A program made the translations under genes and the position numbers. The notes under the pieces are model-generated. The model was not told the origin of the DNA, did no database searches, and worked only from the letters and a program-made list of their open reading frames with translations. A stretch of DNA of 64,000 nucleotides from Bugula neritina (taxonomy: Eukaryota; Animalia; Bryozoa). Shown piece by piece: positions 52,701 through 64,000 of this stretch. The number at the start of each line of letters is the position of its first letter. The first letter of the stretch is position 1. The stretch lies in assembly GCA_964035545.1 (NCBI GenBank), contig OZ037770.1:8562973-8626972 (forward strand). Reading direction: 5' to 3'.

Positions 52701-55700
52701 TTTTACTGCCTTACACTTGTGAGTACTTGTGAGTACTGCATCTCATGTGAGTTTATAGTCGCTATTCCTGTGAGAGCCTCTGTTGGAAAGGAGTTTTTGT
52801 TAAAGCGGGCTAAGGACTTATGTGACAATGAAGCAATTATGACCGGATGCTTTTTTTAACATCACTGCTAGTGTTTGAACTGGAACCACTGTCCTTGTGT
52901 TTACTAGACCAGGCTTTAACCGTTACGCTATGGCTGCATTTCATTCACTTGATATTCTTTAGTATTAATGGCTTGCATATAGCTCTATTACTAAACTCTT
53001 ACGGCGAATGTCATTATTGGCTAATAGAGAAACACCTAAGCATATTCTTCAATCTTTTACTTCAGCTGTTCTATGAAATGCTACAAGTTGCACTCTACCT
53101 CTTCTGGTCATGTCTCAGTCACCGGTTACAGCTATGACTTGCTATTTGTAGGAGTCGGCTCCCTTGCCTCTTGTAGTCACAGTCGCTCTCATTACTATTT
53201 CATGGAATCTCTCACTGCAAAGGGGTGCAAGTTTTTGGCTCACCCTTGCAATAGTTGGGTAAGACTCTACCCTGTCTGGTTACATAGGGGGTGTCCAGTC
53301 TTCTAACAGTACAGTTGATTATATGTGTGTAGTTAAAGGTGTGATTTTGCTTTTCATGTACCCTTTCTCTTGACTCATGACTAGTACTTACGTTCTCTTC
53401 TAATTTCCTCTACCTCGTGCTCTAATTGGGTCATTTTACTTTAGTACACGTCAGCAAATAATGACTAAAACTTGAAGTTTGCTGAAAATTCATGAAAATT
53501 TATTGTATAGGGTATTTCTATGTGTTGATTCTAGCTATGCATAACAAAAAACAGCTAGGAGGGGGCTCTGCAACATTAAAGCGCGGCGTTATTGTCATAT
53601 CAGCTAAATACATACATACATATACGTATATATTTTCGTGTGGTTATGAAAAACTGTCACGATCCGTATATCCTAATTTTCTAACCAAATTAGGACAAAA
53701 CATAGAAAGTCAAGCCCAAAACAAAACAAACCTTGATTATTTAGTTGCATTTGTTAACATTTTAATAGTTTACGGCAAAAAAATCATATATAATATCGCA
53801 GCTAAGTTGTAAAAAAATAATTAAAAACTAGAAATATTGAGTGTGCATGTACTAAATTAGGTAAAATGACCTAATTGCTGAACTAATCTTTCATTGGTGT
53901 GTATGTGACTTTGCAGCTGTCCCACAGCTGGTTTTACCCTCTTGTTTACCCAAATTCTTCCTCATATATGTACGCTGATTTACAATAAATCTGTTATGTA
54001 CTAATTTTGCAATCAATGTTGTATAGAAATTGTAACTTTTACTTTTTTATACCGACATTCTAAAAGTGTTTTATTGTCCATGTGTTGTACAGTAAAAGCC
54101 AATAGACTGCTTACCCAAAATTAAGTGGTTGAATTAATACAGTAATTATCCAAAAGTTCTGGATCTTTTTTAATAAATTTCTTCTTGACATGTCTTAATT
54201 ATATATAACCTTTTTTAACATAAGTTACATATAATTTCTTCAACTATTTAACATATATCAGTCATATATGCTTTCTTTAACACGTCTTAACTCAACATGT
54301 ATAAGTTATATACTTTCTTCTACATGTCGTAGTTCGTGAACATATATGAGTCATACACAATCTTGTAGGAAGACTACGAGGCAGGTAAATGCACGTCATG
54401 TGGTCCCCATGGCTGTTCAGAGATGGGATATCACTCTATAGAGTATGCTGGGAGAGGTAGTTACTACCTGGTTACTAAAGGTAAGGTAACACTGCAGTAT
54501 CTCAGCTCAAGTTTGTAACGTTTATATCCGGTATACTTATCATAGACTCTTCACTGTATTATAATACTTGTATAAAGTTTGCCCCTTTTACTGGCTATAC
54601 TATTTTTTACATCACTTGCGTTGATAATATTATATAATAAAAATAATTTCCAATTTACTTTTTGTGCTGTGAGATTATCTATCCTCCATGTTATCTGCTA
54701 ACTGCAGCATTTTTGTTGTCACTCGGCAAATACCACTAATCAACCAAAAGTTGAGAATCAACAAAGATGACATACTCGTTTCTGATTGGTTTCTTTCATT
54801 ATACTCTGTATTACAGGTTTTAGCACAGCTTATGCACCAGACGGCGAGATGTTTTGTGGGTCAACATATGATATTTTGATTAAATCTAGCTCAGGTTCCA
54901 ATATCAAAGGAAAGATTGACCTTGACATTAAAGGAACTGAGTCTGGGTTGAACACTCCTTTCCAAGGGTATTTATTAGCTAATCCTAACAGATCACTGCT
55001 TTTATTGAAATGTGTTGAATTAACTTGCTTTGTTTAGGTTTGTTAGTTACTGTTGTGTTTTGATGTTATTGTCTTCTCTTTACTGACATACTTGAGCACA
55101 TGCTGAATGTGTATGTGCAATATTATAGAGTTGAATAATGGCGTTTACTAAACGCAGCGCTTACCAGCTCCTTAAGTGTATCACTAAGCATCTCACACAT
55201 TATACTTGATACAAACACTGAAGTTACCAGAAACTGCATCAAATGTATTTTTGTTTCACTTGAATAAATTACCTCTACTTGTAGAGTATACAGTAAATAT
55301 TATAATATTTTATACTCTAAACCTTTCATCTGGTGGCAGCGTGACTGTAACTGATATTGCTGCCGTCTCTATTCCTAGAGAGAGTGATGAATTGGGAGAT
55401 GAGTCTAAGATAGTCGTGGTAGACTATGACGACTTGGGGGACATCACCTCAGTCTCCCTTACTTACACCAAGAATGGCGGCATACTTTTTGGCATTGGCT
55501 CTGGAACAGATGAATGGAAATTGGACTACATTGTAATTTGGAAAGAAGAGAAACAGTGAGTATTTCAATAGTAATATTTCACTACTTTACTTCACTGGTC
55601 GTCTCTGTGTCATCAAACTAAAATAATATGAGAGAGAATAAGATTTGTCTTCCCAGAACTCCAATACCATGGGACATTTTTTGTTGTTTATTAATTAAGT

Positions 55701-55831
55701 GGCTTTAACAGTAAATATTTCTTACAAGTAGAAACTTTATAATATTGTCTTTCAGGTACAAGTTATGCAACAACAAGCCAACAAAAGTAAAGACTGGTCA
55801 ATCTGTCGTACTCTCACGGTGTACCAGATAG
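49781..55831 (+). CDS. Secreted pancreatic-lipase-family enzyme with C-terminal PLAT-like domain, 513/514 aa. Exons 49781-49841, 50079-50315, 50624-50772, 51291-51522, 51850-52089, [52382-52491 or 53152-53258], 54369-54480, 54817-54967, 55379-55555, 55756-55831
   Basis: Signal-peptide-like start, [23 protein letters not shown] (Ser), MDPAGP (Asp), [30 protein letters not shown] (His), MGY. Start codon is uncertain: in-frame ATGs at 49748, 49757, 49781 and 49790. Confidence 0.95.
51640..51830. repeat. 33-bp degenerate tandem repeat
   Basis: acttacacctacatctatgtacctacacaa(t/c)tg. Confidence 0.85.
52382..52491 (+). CDS. Lipase alternative exon 6a ([37 protein letters not shown])
   Basis: ttcctccag acceptor, TGG|gtgaga donor, 110 nt, phase 1 to 0, open frame. 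Confidence 0.88.
53152..53258 (+). CDS. Lipase alternative exon 6b ([36 protein letters not shown])
   Basis: tatttgtag acceptor, TGG|gtaaga donor, 107 nt, phase 1 to 0, open frame. Confidence 0.9.
53428..53872. mobile_element. MITE sharing GGGTCATTTTAC termini, non-palindromic interior
   Basis: gggtcattttac..gtaaaatgacct with 4-bp duplication AATT. Confidence 0.78.
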
Positions 55832-56272
55832 TTGACCTTCAACAAATCTCAAGGTCACTATTGCAGCAGACATGTTATGACTCTAAATATACTTTCAAAT
55901 TATTACTCTCAAATCCCAATATGTTGTTAAGAATAATAAAATAATGTGCCGATACTATTACATTTACACATTATGCATGAATAGTAATAATATAACAAAC
56001 AAATATAAACCTAGATTTCTGTATATATAGTGCAGTAATTTACATTATTACACAAAAAATAAAAAGTTATTAATAATTTAAATGGATGTTTATGTTTTTT
56101 TTTAGTAAATAATGATGTATTATTGCATTGTTTTAGTTATAGAAAAAAAATTGAGAAATTCTTTTAATAATTTCAATCAATTATAATGCCTGATTGTCTA
56201 ACAGATGAAATTCTAACACAGCGTAGAGGAATATGAATTTTAGTTAATCAAAACAGTGATTTAGCTGTTAGC

Positions 56273-59200
56273 ATGCCGGGCAATTCCGGCTCAAATAAGA
56301 CTTTGCAAAAGAAAAATGGATCTACAGGTAACCTTGGTTCTCCCAAACCAGATTCATCCCAAAGTCTTGCACAGGCTGAGAAACAAGTCTCTATTACTAT
56401 CGATACTTCTGCACAGAGTTGGAGCTTTGCCAAGTTCAAGTTGAATGGTAAGTTAGGGCTATAAGTGCTATCTTTTCTTGACAGTATTTGCACCATGTTA
56501 GTGTCAGCTGTGGAAGGGGGAGGGGGAGGGGTAGGAGTGCTTCATAGCTAAACAGTAGATGGTAAAAGTCCAGTGTTAATCATTAGTGATAGATTTTTAT
56601 ATGTGCCTTTCAAATGTGACAACAGTGTGTATAGAAGTAGTATGTGTATATACTATAGTGGTACTTAGGGTGTATAGCAGTGGCAAAATTGTGTGTATAT
56701 GTAACATCATAAATTTAAAAACATATACTAATTTATTGCAACTTCATTTCTAAGTTTATTTGAGGCGCCTAGAGTTGTTGATATTAAAAACTTTTGATTA
56801 ATAGAATTGACTATAAATGTGTGAGAAAAGTACAGTTTCCAATCATCAACAATTTCTTGTAGATTTTTGACTTCTTAAATTGAAACTGTGTTCCCTATTA
56901 ACTATTAACATTTGGAATCAATTAAAACATAACGTATTATAATAATGGGGAAGTTTGATAATTATTCAAGAGAACACAACTCTATCTAAACATAATTCAT
57001 TATCAGTGCGCTAGTAATATACTTTCTATACAGCTCAAAGCACAGGAAGCAAAGTGTTATAACATTGCTCAAACTCACACGTTCTATTTATAGCTCAAAC
57101 TCACACGTTCTATTTATAGCTCAAACTCACACGTTCTATTTATAGCTCAAACTCACACGTTCTATTTATAGCTCAAACTCACACGTTCTATTTATAGCTC
57201 AAACTCACACGTTCTATTTATAGCTCAAGGTCATACGTTCTATTTATAGCTCAAGGTCTGGCTGCCTGTGGAATCATGTTCTGTATCCTTTCTCCTCTCT
57301 TCTTCTGTTTCTACCTCGCTGCCGCTGGAGGAACCGTTTACACAGGAATTCTGATATTTTACACATTCTGTCTGGCAGGTGAAAACAACTCCATCATAGT
57401 GTATAATGTTCATGTATTATATATATAGCAATAGTAGGCATAGCAGTAGTGAATATAGCAGCAGTGAATATAGCAGTAGTGAGTATAGCAGTAGTGAGTA
57501 CAGCAGTAGTGAATATAGCAGTAGTGAGTATAGCAATAGTGAGTATAGCAGTAGTGAGTATAGCAGTAATGAGTATAGCAGTAATGGATATAGCAGTAGT
57601 GAGTATAGCAGTAGTGAGTATAGCAGTAGTGAGTATAGCAATAGTGGGTATAGCAGTAGTGGGTATAGCAGTAATGAGTATAGCAGTAATGGATATAGCA
57701 GTAGTGAGTATAGCAATAGTGGGTATAGCAGTAGTGGGTATAGCAGTAATGAGTATAGCAGTAATGGATATAGCAGTAGTGAGTATAGCAGTAGTGGGTA
57801 TAGCAGTAGTGAGTATAGCAGTAGTGAGTATAGCAGTAGTGGGTATAGCAGTAGTGGGTATAGCAGTAGTGAGTATAGCAGTAGTGGGTATAGCAGTAGT
57901 GAGTATAGCAGTAGTGAGTATAGCAGTAGTGGGTATAGCAGTAGTGAGTATAGCAGTAATGAGTATAGCAGTAGTGAGTATAGCAGTGCTGAGTACAGCA
58001 GTAGAGGTATAGCAGTAGTGGATATAGCAGTAGTGGGTATAGCAGTAGTGAGTACAGCAGTAGCTGTATTACTATCAATAAGTTTTGTATTATGACTAAA
58101 GTAAATATAGAAGCTTGTAGAAAGTTTTCTACGTAGCAGACTTTGTAGTAACAAATATATAACAAAAATACTTTTTAGTTTTCATAAGAGTCAAGGTATT
58201 GGCCTTTATACACTGTATATTATTTTGCAATGCAGTATTATAGTGGTGGAGAAATTATTTGAATATTTACACCATAGAATAAGTCTACATTCATGTGAGG
58301 GTCATCTAACGCTACTCAGAATGTCTTATTGTAGGTATTGGGTGCAGCTTTATTGGCACATACAAGTGTGCCTTGAATCTGGAGTTGGGCAGCCCTAAAC
58401 TGCAACGGAATGTAGGTACATCACTGTACACATCATGCTGTGTATTAGCCTTGTATTAGTATATAATGTATTGGGTATATGTATTAGTATATATATAGGT
58501 ATTGGTATATATATAGGTATTGGTATATATATATGTGTATATGTATATGTATGTGTATATGTATATGTATGTGTATTGGTATATGTATGTGTATTGGTAT
58601 ATGTATGTGTATTGGTATATGTATGTGTATTGGTATATGTATTAGTGTATGTATATGTATGTGTATGTGTGTGTGTGTGTATGTGTGTGTGTGCGTGTGT
58701 GCGTGTGTGCGTGTGTGCGTGTGTGCGTGTGTGCGCGTGTGCGTGTATGTATATGTATATTTTTTGCATGTTTGATTTATAAAACTTCAGCATACTTTAG
58801 GATTTATATATGCTAGTTAAAACATATACTTCACAGCAAATAATTACTCTACAGTATCTCAATGTAATGCAACTGTATTCTCCACTACTGTTTAGTATCA
58901 TTTATATATTGTAGAGTGGCCTGTATCTGGTGTTCACATGTATGGATGCTTTTCTGGCCATATTCATCTTTTCTTACTCCATTACTGTGATAAAACATTT
59001 AGTATGTATTCCATTATGTTATGGTACTGAATATCGCTAGAAGCAGCACCGGGTTGGGGTTGACTCAGTATAGTATTTGTATACACACCATTGTCCTAAC
59101 TCCAAACTCGAGACCCCAAAGCAATGCAACCAGTGGCGACAAATTTTGTGCTGCTTTTAACGATTTTCTCTATAAACACTGACTTCAGAAAATGTTATAC

Positions 59201-60074
59201 ACTGCAATAGCTTCATTATCTGTGTATATACAAGATAACACCTATGTACTGCCCACTATGCTGATTGGTTGAATGTTTAAGACTGAGGCTAGACTACAGA
59301 GCACCAGCCTAGGACTGGATGTCAGGCCAATAGTATACATGGCCATAGTGTCTTCTATACCAAGCATGGTCTTATGCGTGATGGCACTGTACGGGGCCTG
59401 CTACAGGTACCCCGTCAAACTTGCTCTGGCAAATCCAAAGAATAAAGTTGGTAAAGGTAAGTTATACAGGAGTGAGTTTTCCTTGAAGTTTTTGGACAGG
59501 ATTTATATATCCAAGATTAGAGCTTTAAAACCTCGTGGATAAGTGATTGTATTGAGCACCTACTTTGTATATGAAATAGCTTGTTTCGACCCAGTTTGCT
59601 ATTGCACATTGACTTTTACACACACGCGCACACCCACACACACACACACACACACATGCACACACACGCACACACATGCACACACACGCACACACACGCA
59701 CACACATGCACACACACGCACACACACGCGCACACACACACACGCACACACACACGCGCGTGCACACACACGCACACACACACGCACACAGCGTAACACA
59801 ACGCAACACAACGCAACGCATGCATATTCATGTTATATAATCTTTAGCTGGAAAGACATCTGGATCATCAGCAAAGGACCCAAAATCTCAAAAAGAGTTG
59901 AGAACATCGAAGAACACAAAACTTCAAAAAGATTCTAGAGTTTCTGACGATTTAAAATTTCAAAAAGAGCTGAAAACTCCTAAAGATCCAAAGGCACGAA
60001 GAGAACAGAAAACTCCCAGAGAGTCCAGAGGAAAACGAAGTGTAAAAGCTGCTTCTGGTGTTGAAACAGTCTAA
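56273..60074 (+). CDS. Uncharacterised four-transmembrane protein with Lys/Arg-rich tail, 289 aa (MS4A/CD20-like topology, tentative). Exons 56273-56447, 57250-57378, 58335-58411, 58915-59001, 59282-59456, 59848-60074
   Basis: Six GT-AG exons join in frame (870 nt); four hydrophobic segments; AATAAA about 38 nt after the stop. Confidence 0.75.
57068..57249 (+). repeat. 26-bp tandem repeat x7 ending at a splice acceptor
   Basis: Unit ctcaaactcacacgttctatttatag; six identical units plus one variant. Confidence 0.97.
57423..58062. repeat. 15-bp minisatellite (gagtatagcagtagt), about 42 copies
   Basis: Directly visible; intronic. Confidence 0.97.
58450..58760. repeat. Compound GT/AT-rich simple repeat
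   Basis: 18-bp gtattggtatatgtatgt units grading into (GT)n/(GTGC)n. Confidence 0.92.
59033..59164. mobile_element. Short AAGCAGC-ended MITE family copy
   Basis: atcgctagaagcagcac / gtgctgcttttaacgat. Confidence 0.7.
59618..59820. repeat. (CA)n-rich microsatellite
   Basis: Directly visible. Confidence 0.95.
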
Positions 60075-61372
60075 AATATTGAAATATTTAGTGACATAAC
60101 AAACGTCTGCTAATAAAATTTTTTATAGCAACATAGGGTAAATTGTCACATAGTAGAGTGAAACCAGAAACTAACACTAACTCTTTAGAGTCAGTAAAGT
60201 TTGTAATGTAACTGAAAGAAATGTTGGAAACCGCATCTTTCCTTTCACTCCAGAAAGATATGTTTACTTGCTGAAAATATGTAAATAATATTAAATGGTT
60301 TCATTAATATATCCGCTGGGTGTACCAAAAACCTGAAGTTTTGTCATATCAGCTAAAGATCCCATGATATTTAGAATTGCAAGTACTTTAAAACAGTTTG
60401 AGGGTTCCTCATACAAACTGACTTTGATGAACTTTGGAATGATATGGAAAGGTTTTTTCAATTGAAAGAATTTTTATATACAATAATAAACTGGTAAATG
60501 TATTCTAACACTCTGTTGTTCATTGATTTGTCTGTGAGTGGCCTGTAATTTAACAATGCTCAGAATCCTAGCAACTCACAACTAATCTAAGATACTTGTT
60601 ATAAAATTAGGTTGAAGCTCAGAAGTTTGTAATAATATACTCATGTGTCCGGAATTTGAATTTCTACTGACCAATTTATGCTTTGAATAGTCATTACATA
60701 ACATTCGAGAAAGTTTTTGTCTACTATCTGTAAAGTTGACAACATATTTTTTTGCCAAAAAAGCTTATTGAATTAAATTAAAAAGAAACATCTGCTCAAC
60801 TACACAATAGCAACTTACTACAAGCTTTGCATTGTTGAACAAGTATATGGTTGGCTTGAAGTTATAATTAATAAAATATAAATAATAACTACAATAAGTG
60901 AGAATGAGATGAATACAAGATAGAATAGTGCCTTTTTTATAGATATGCCTTTTGACAAATCATGTTGCAAGTATTTAACTGCATAAAATATGTTTTAAAT
61001 AGCACAATTTAACTTCCGAATTTCTATCTTCAGTAAAAATGTCAAGTATATCGAAATATCAAGAAAATAAAATCATTATAGTAGTTAAGTTATTAATGCT
61101 GAAATGCGTTCTTAGCGGGTCAACATATAACATGAATACTAGCTGCATGTGCAAATAATACATTGAAAAGCAAGATAACATACTATATTGCTCTAAATTT
61201 TTTATAACAAAATACTGCGTTATGGTGTGCATTGTCTGACGTAATGACGACTAAAACTTCTAGACCACAGCTAAACTATGTGCTTATAATTAATACAAAC
61301 TAACAATTCTAGTATATCTTGGGTCACTTTGTCACTCACTGACACTCCTGTTATCAAGTTGACTGGTTAGAC

Positions 61373-62869
61373 ATGGCTAACCTTGCAGAGAATGAAAGAT
61401 ACCTGGAGGAGCTGTTGTCTTCTCTAAAGGAAGTACAGATTCAGTCAGTTGGTAAGCAGAGTCAGTTCTCTAACAAGCATGCTTTGTCAGTTTGTGTACC
61501 TGTATAACTGTAAAATAATTGCCCCCACTGGGAATCGAACCCGAGTCCTCTGGCTTGCAAGCAAGTGTGCTACCATTACACCACGGAGGCCACTGGGTAA
61601 ACTCAACACTGTACATCCCACTCAGTTCTCTGAACTCCACTGGCCTCTCTACTACTCCTTTAGTTATTCAGGCTCTCCTGGCCACTCAACTCCCTCGGAG
61701 TACTACTACACTTCACTAAAGGCCGAAGTAGCTTGAAAAAACTGCCCCCACTGGGAATGGAACCCGAGTCTTCTGGCTTGCAAGCAAGTGTGCTACCATT
61801 ACACCATGGAGGCCATTGGGTGAACTCAACACTACAATAACTACACATGCCACATGGTATCAGCAGATAATCTGCAACCTTTAAAGTTTATGCCATGGCT
61901 CTTTCTGCTGTATGCTATAATGGATATTTCCATATATATTTCGGTCGATTGATAACTAACTAGAAAGTACGAATAAGCATCATTAATTTTCTCCCTTTCT
62001 ATCAAATAAGTGTCATAATGACTCAGAACATTTGATCTGAGATTGTGTAAGATTACAAGAGTAATGATAGATGAAAGGATGCTAGTGCGCCACTGTACTT
62101 TACAGCTTGTCGTAACTATAAAACTGAGGCTCTGTTTTATGAGTTAACAGGCTAATCGAGTTCTCAACTCTTGCAGGCATGGATTTGTCACTGAGGAAGT
62201 ACTATGAAGTGACTGACGTCTTAGCTAGTAAACGGATCCTGCTTATTATTCAGCCGTCTAAATACGAAGACCTGAGAATAAAAGATCCTAAAGGAAAGAC
62301 GAGAGCCAAAATGTATGGGGAATATGACCAAGAAGGCAGAGGGGTCTGTATGCTTCATTATCACTATATGGTCACTGCTACTATGGTTACTGTCACTATG
62401 ACGACCATAGCTATGGTTACTATTACTGTGGTAACTATCCCTATGATGACTATCGCTATGGTGACTATCCCTGTAGTGACTATCGCTATGGTGACTATCG
62501 CTATGGTGACTATCGCTATGGTGACTATCGCTATGGTGACTATCGCTATGGTGACTATTCCTGTAGTGACTATCGCTATAGTGACTATCGCTATGGTGAC
62601 TATTGCTATGGTGACTATCGCTATGCTGATGGCGTGTTCTTCGACTGATGGTTTTCAAGGTTCAAGTGTCAGTAACTTTCAGTTTTATTTTTGTTGAAAT
62701 TCACTTTTTGCTAGAAAAAGTAAGCCTTGTTATTCCAACTGGTATTTCATGTTAGAATAATTTGTACTGACCAAAAAATACTTTATTTTAGGAACTGACT
62801 ATAGAAAATAATATATATAAGATATTTTTGCGTCTAGGCACACACACAAACATAGCAGGTATATACTAG

Positions 62870-62939
<70 letters not shown>

Positions 62940-63143
62940 TGTGTGCGTGCGTGTGTGCGTTTGTTTATTGAACAATCTAGCATATATTAACTCTCCAATC
63001 TGCAGCAAACAGACTTATTCATAGACAAGAAATCTCCAATTGGTTGTATAAAGGATAATGTGGTTTATGATGACAGACTCTCTCCATTATATCTGTCTTT
63101 GGCGAAAACATCACTCTGTGTGGGAATTACAACTTCTTACAAG
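61373..63143 (+). CDS. 5' part of an unnamed gene, possibly scramblase/tubby-C-like beta barrel; continues beyond the window. Exons 61373-61451, 62177-62343, 63006-63143
   Basis: Three exons with GT-AG sites in frame: MANLAENERYLEELL.. / YYEVTDVLASKRILLII..LRIKDPKGKT / LFIDKKSPIGCIKDNVVYDDRLSPLYL; the repeated hydrophobic-strand + D-turn pattern recalls scramblases. Family call is weak. Confidence 0.55.
61520..61590 (-). pseudogene. tRNA-like sequence (Ala-TGC/Cys-GCA-like loop), copy 1
   Basis: GCCTCCG..TGGGGGC acceptor stem, A box TGGTGTAATGG, B box GGTTCGATTCC; 6-nt anticodon loop and stem mismatches argue against a translating tRNA. Confidence 0.7.
61743..61813 (-). pseudogene. tRNA-like sequence, copy 2
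   Basis: Near-identical to copy 1, 223 bp away; B box altered to GGTTCCATTCC; followed by TTTTT. Confidence 0.7.
62365..62625. repeat. 15-bp minisatellite (gtgactatcgctatg)
   Basis: About 17 copies, starting about 20 nt after a splice donor. Confidence 0.93.
62873..62960. repeat. (TA)n microsatellite
   Basis: Directly visible. Confidence 0.97.
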
Positions 63144-64000
63144 GTAAGCTGTTAGTTTAGGGTTGGTTCAGCAACTGTTGTAGTTCTCAATCTAATACAT
63201 TCAGCCTTGTAAAAGTTGTCTTTAACAGGCATATTTTCTCAAGTTTACACTACACCTGTTACAGATTAACTGGAGGTCATCCTTTGTTACATGACCTAAC
63301 TACTAATAATATATTAAAAAAATAGTTGAAAACAAGGCACTTACACCGTATTTACACATGTACAATCTTTATAATATTTTATGATGATGTTTTATCTTTA
63401 TAAAACTAGATTTACAAAACTTATGGTGTACTATGATTACTATGTAGATGGTACAACGCTGTGATGATTTTACATCACATACAACTACACAACTAGCACC
63501 AATTTAGGGTAAATTTTTAAAGTTTTTTAAAAAAACAAGCAGTTTACTGAAAGGTATTTTTATTTTTACCATAATATATTTAAGTTGAGATATGATTTGT
63601 TGGTGTGTAAACATCATTATAGCCTATATCTCAAACTATTTGATCACTCACTAACTTGTGATATCCAACAAGTGGCTGATTGTGTTCTAACTCTTACTAT
63701 ATCTAATTTATAATGCATACATAGTACAGTGTTGTGCAGCTTTAGACTTGACAAGTACAGCGGGTGTCAGCTATAGTTGTAAGACATTTATTAATCATAA
63801 ACTTTTCGTATGAAAATGCTCTACTTTTAGAGAATCCAGTTATTCAATAAGCCCTGATATAATAATTCACTTTTCATAAAAAAAGCTTGAAAGTTTCCAA
63901 TAATTATGATAATAGTATTTAGATTACAAAATGTAGAAATTTTGTATATAAATTATTTACCGTTTTGCGTTTAAAATATTTTAAGACTTATGTTTCATGA

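Noticed and set aside
52382-53258. Tandem lipase gene duplication or haplotype mis-assembly as the cause of the doubled exon
   Set aside because: Only this exon is doubled, flanking introns are dissimilar and synonymous sites are heavily diverged.
20881-55831. Functional lipid-metabolism cluster (Notum, PEX7, lipase)
   Set aside because: Unrelated pathways; adjacency alone is not evidence without conserved synteny or co-expression.
57068-57249. CRISPR-like appearance of short arrays here and at 22729, 31076, 41378
   Set aside because: No unique spacers, no cas genes, eukaryotic intron context.
57406-58165. Four long overlapping ORFs (SSSEY, YTHYC, LLLYS, IAVVS repeats)
   Set aside because: Stop-free frames of a 15-bp minisatellite inside an intron; no splice sites tie them to the gene.
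58395-59938. HT/VC-repeat ORFs
   Set aside because: Translations of GT/CA microsatellites.
62344-62697. VTIAM / HHSDS repeat ORFs
   Set aside because: 15-bp intronic repeat downstream of the donor at 62344.

Overview
AT-rich, intron-dense eukaryotic DNA, animal by gene content (Notum, MEI4, pancreatic-type lipase); invertebrate origin is inferred, and the species cannot be determined from sequence. By hand-joining splice sites and checking phase, eight spliced genes were reconstructed: the 3' part of CPOX (+), a complete MEI4-like gene (-), Notum (+), PEX7 (+), an unnamed ~282-aa multi-pass membrane protein (+), a pancreatic-lipase-family gene (+), an unnamed 4-TM protein (+), and the 5' part of a possible scramblase-like gene (+). 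Introns carry a tRNA-derived SINE (4 copies), several MITE families, many minisatellites and a duplicated tRNA-like unit; a decayed LINE lies between MEI4 and Notum. Best observations: (1) the lipase has two paralogous, same-phase, mutually exclusive exons that each encode the lid-closing Cys and the catalytic His; (2) a 26-bp tandem array made of a repeated 3' splice site, in which only the last acceptor avoids an immediate in-frame stop; (3) degenerate period-3/6 tracts flanking inferred promoters; (4) a tRNA-like sequence embedded in TG..CA direct repeats; (5) two GC-AG introns. All models are manual and untested; family names rest on recalled motifs, not database searches.
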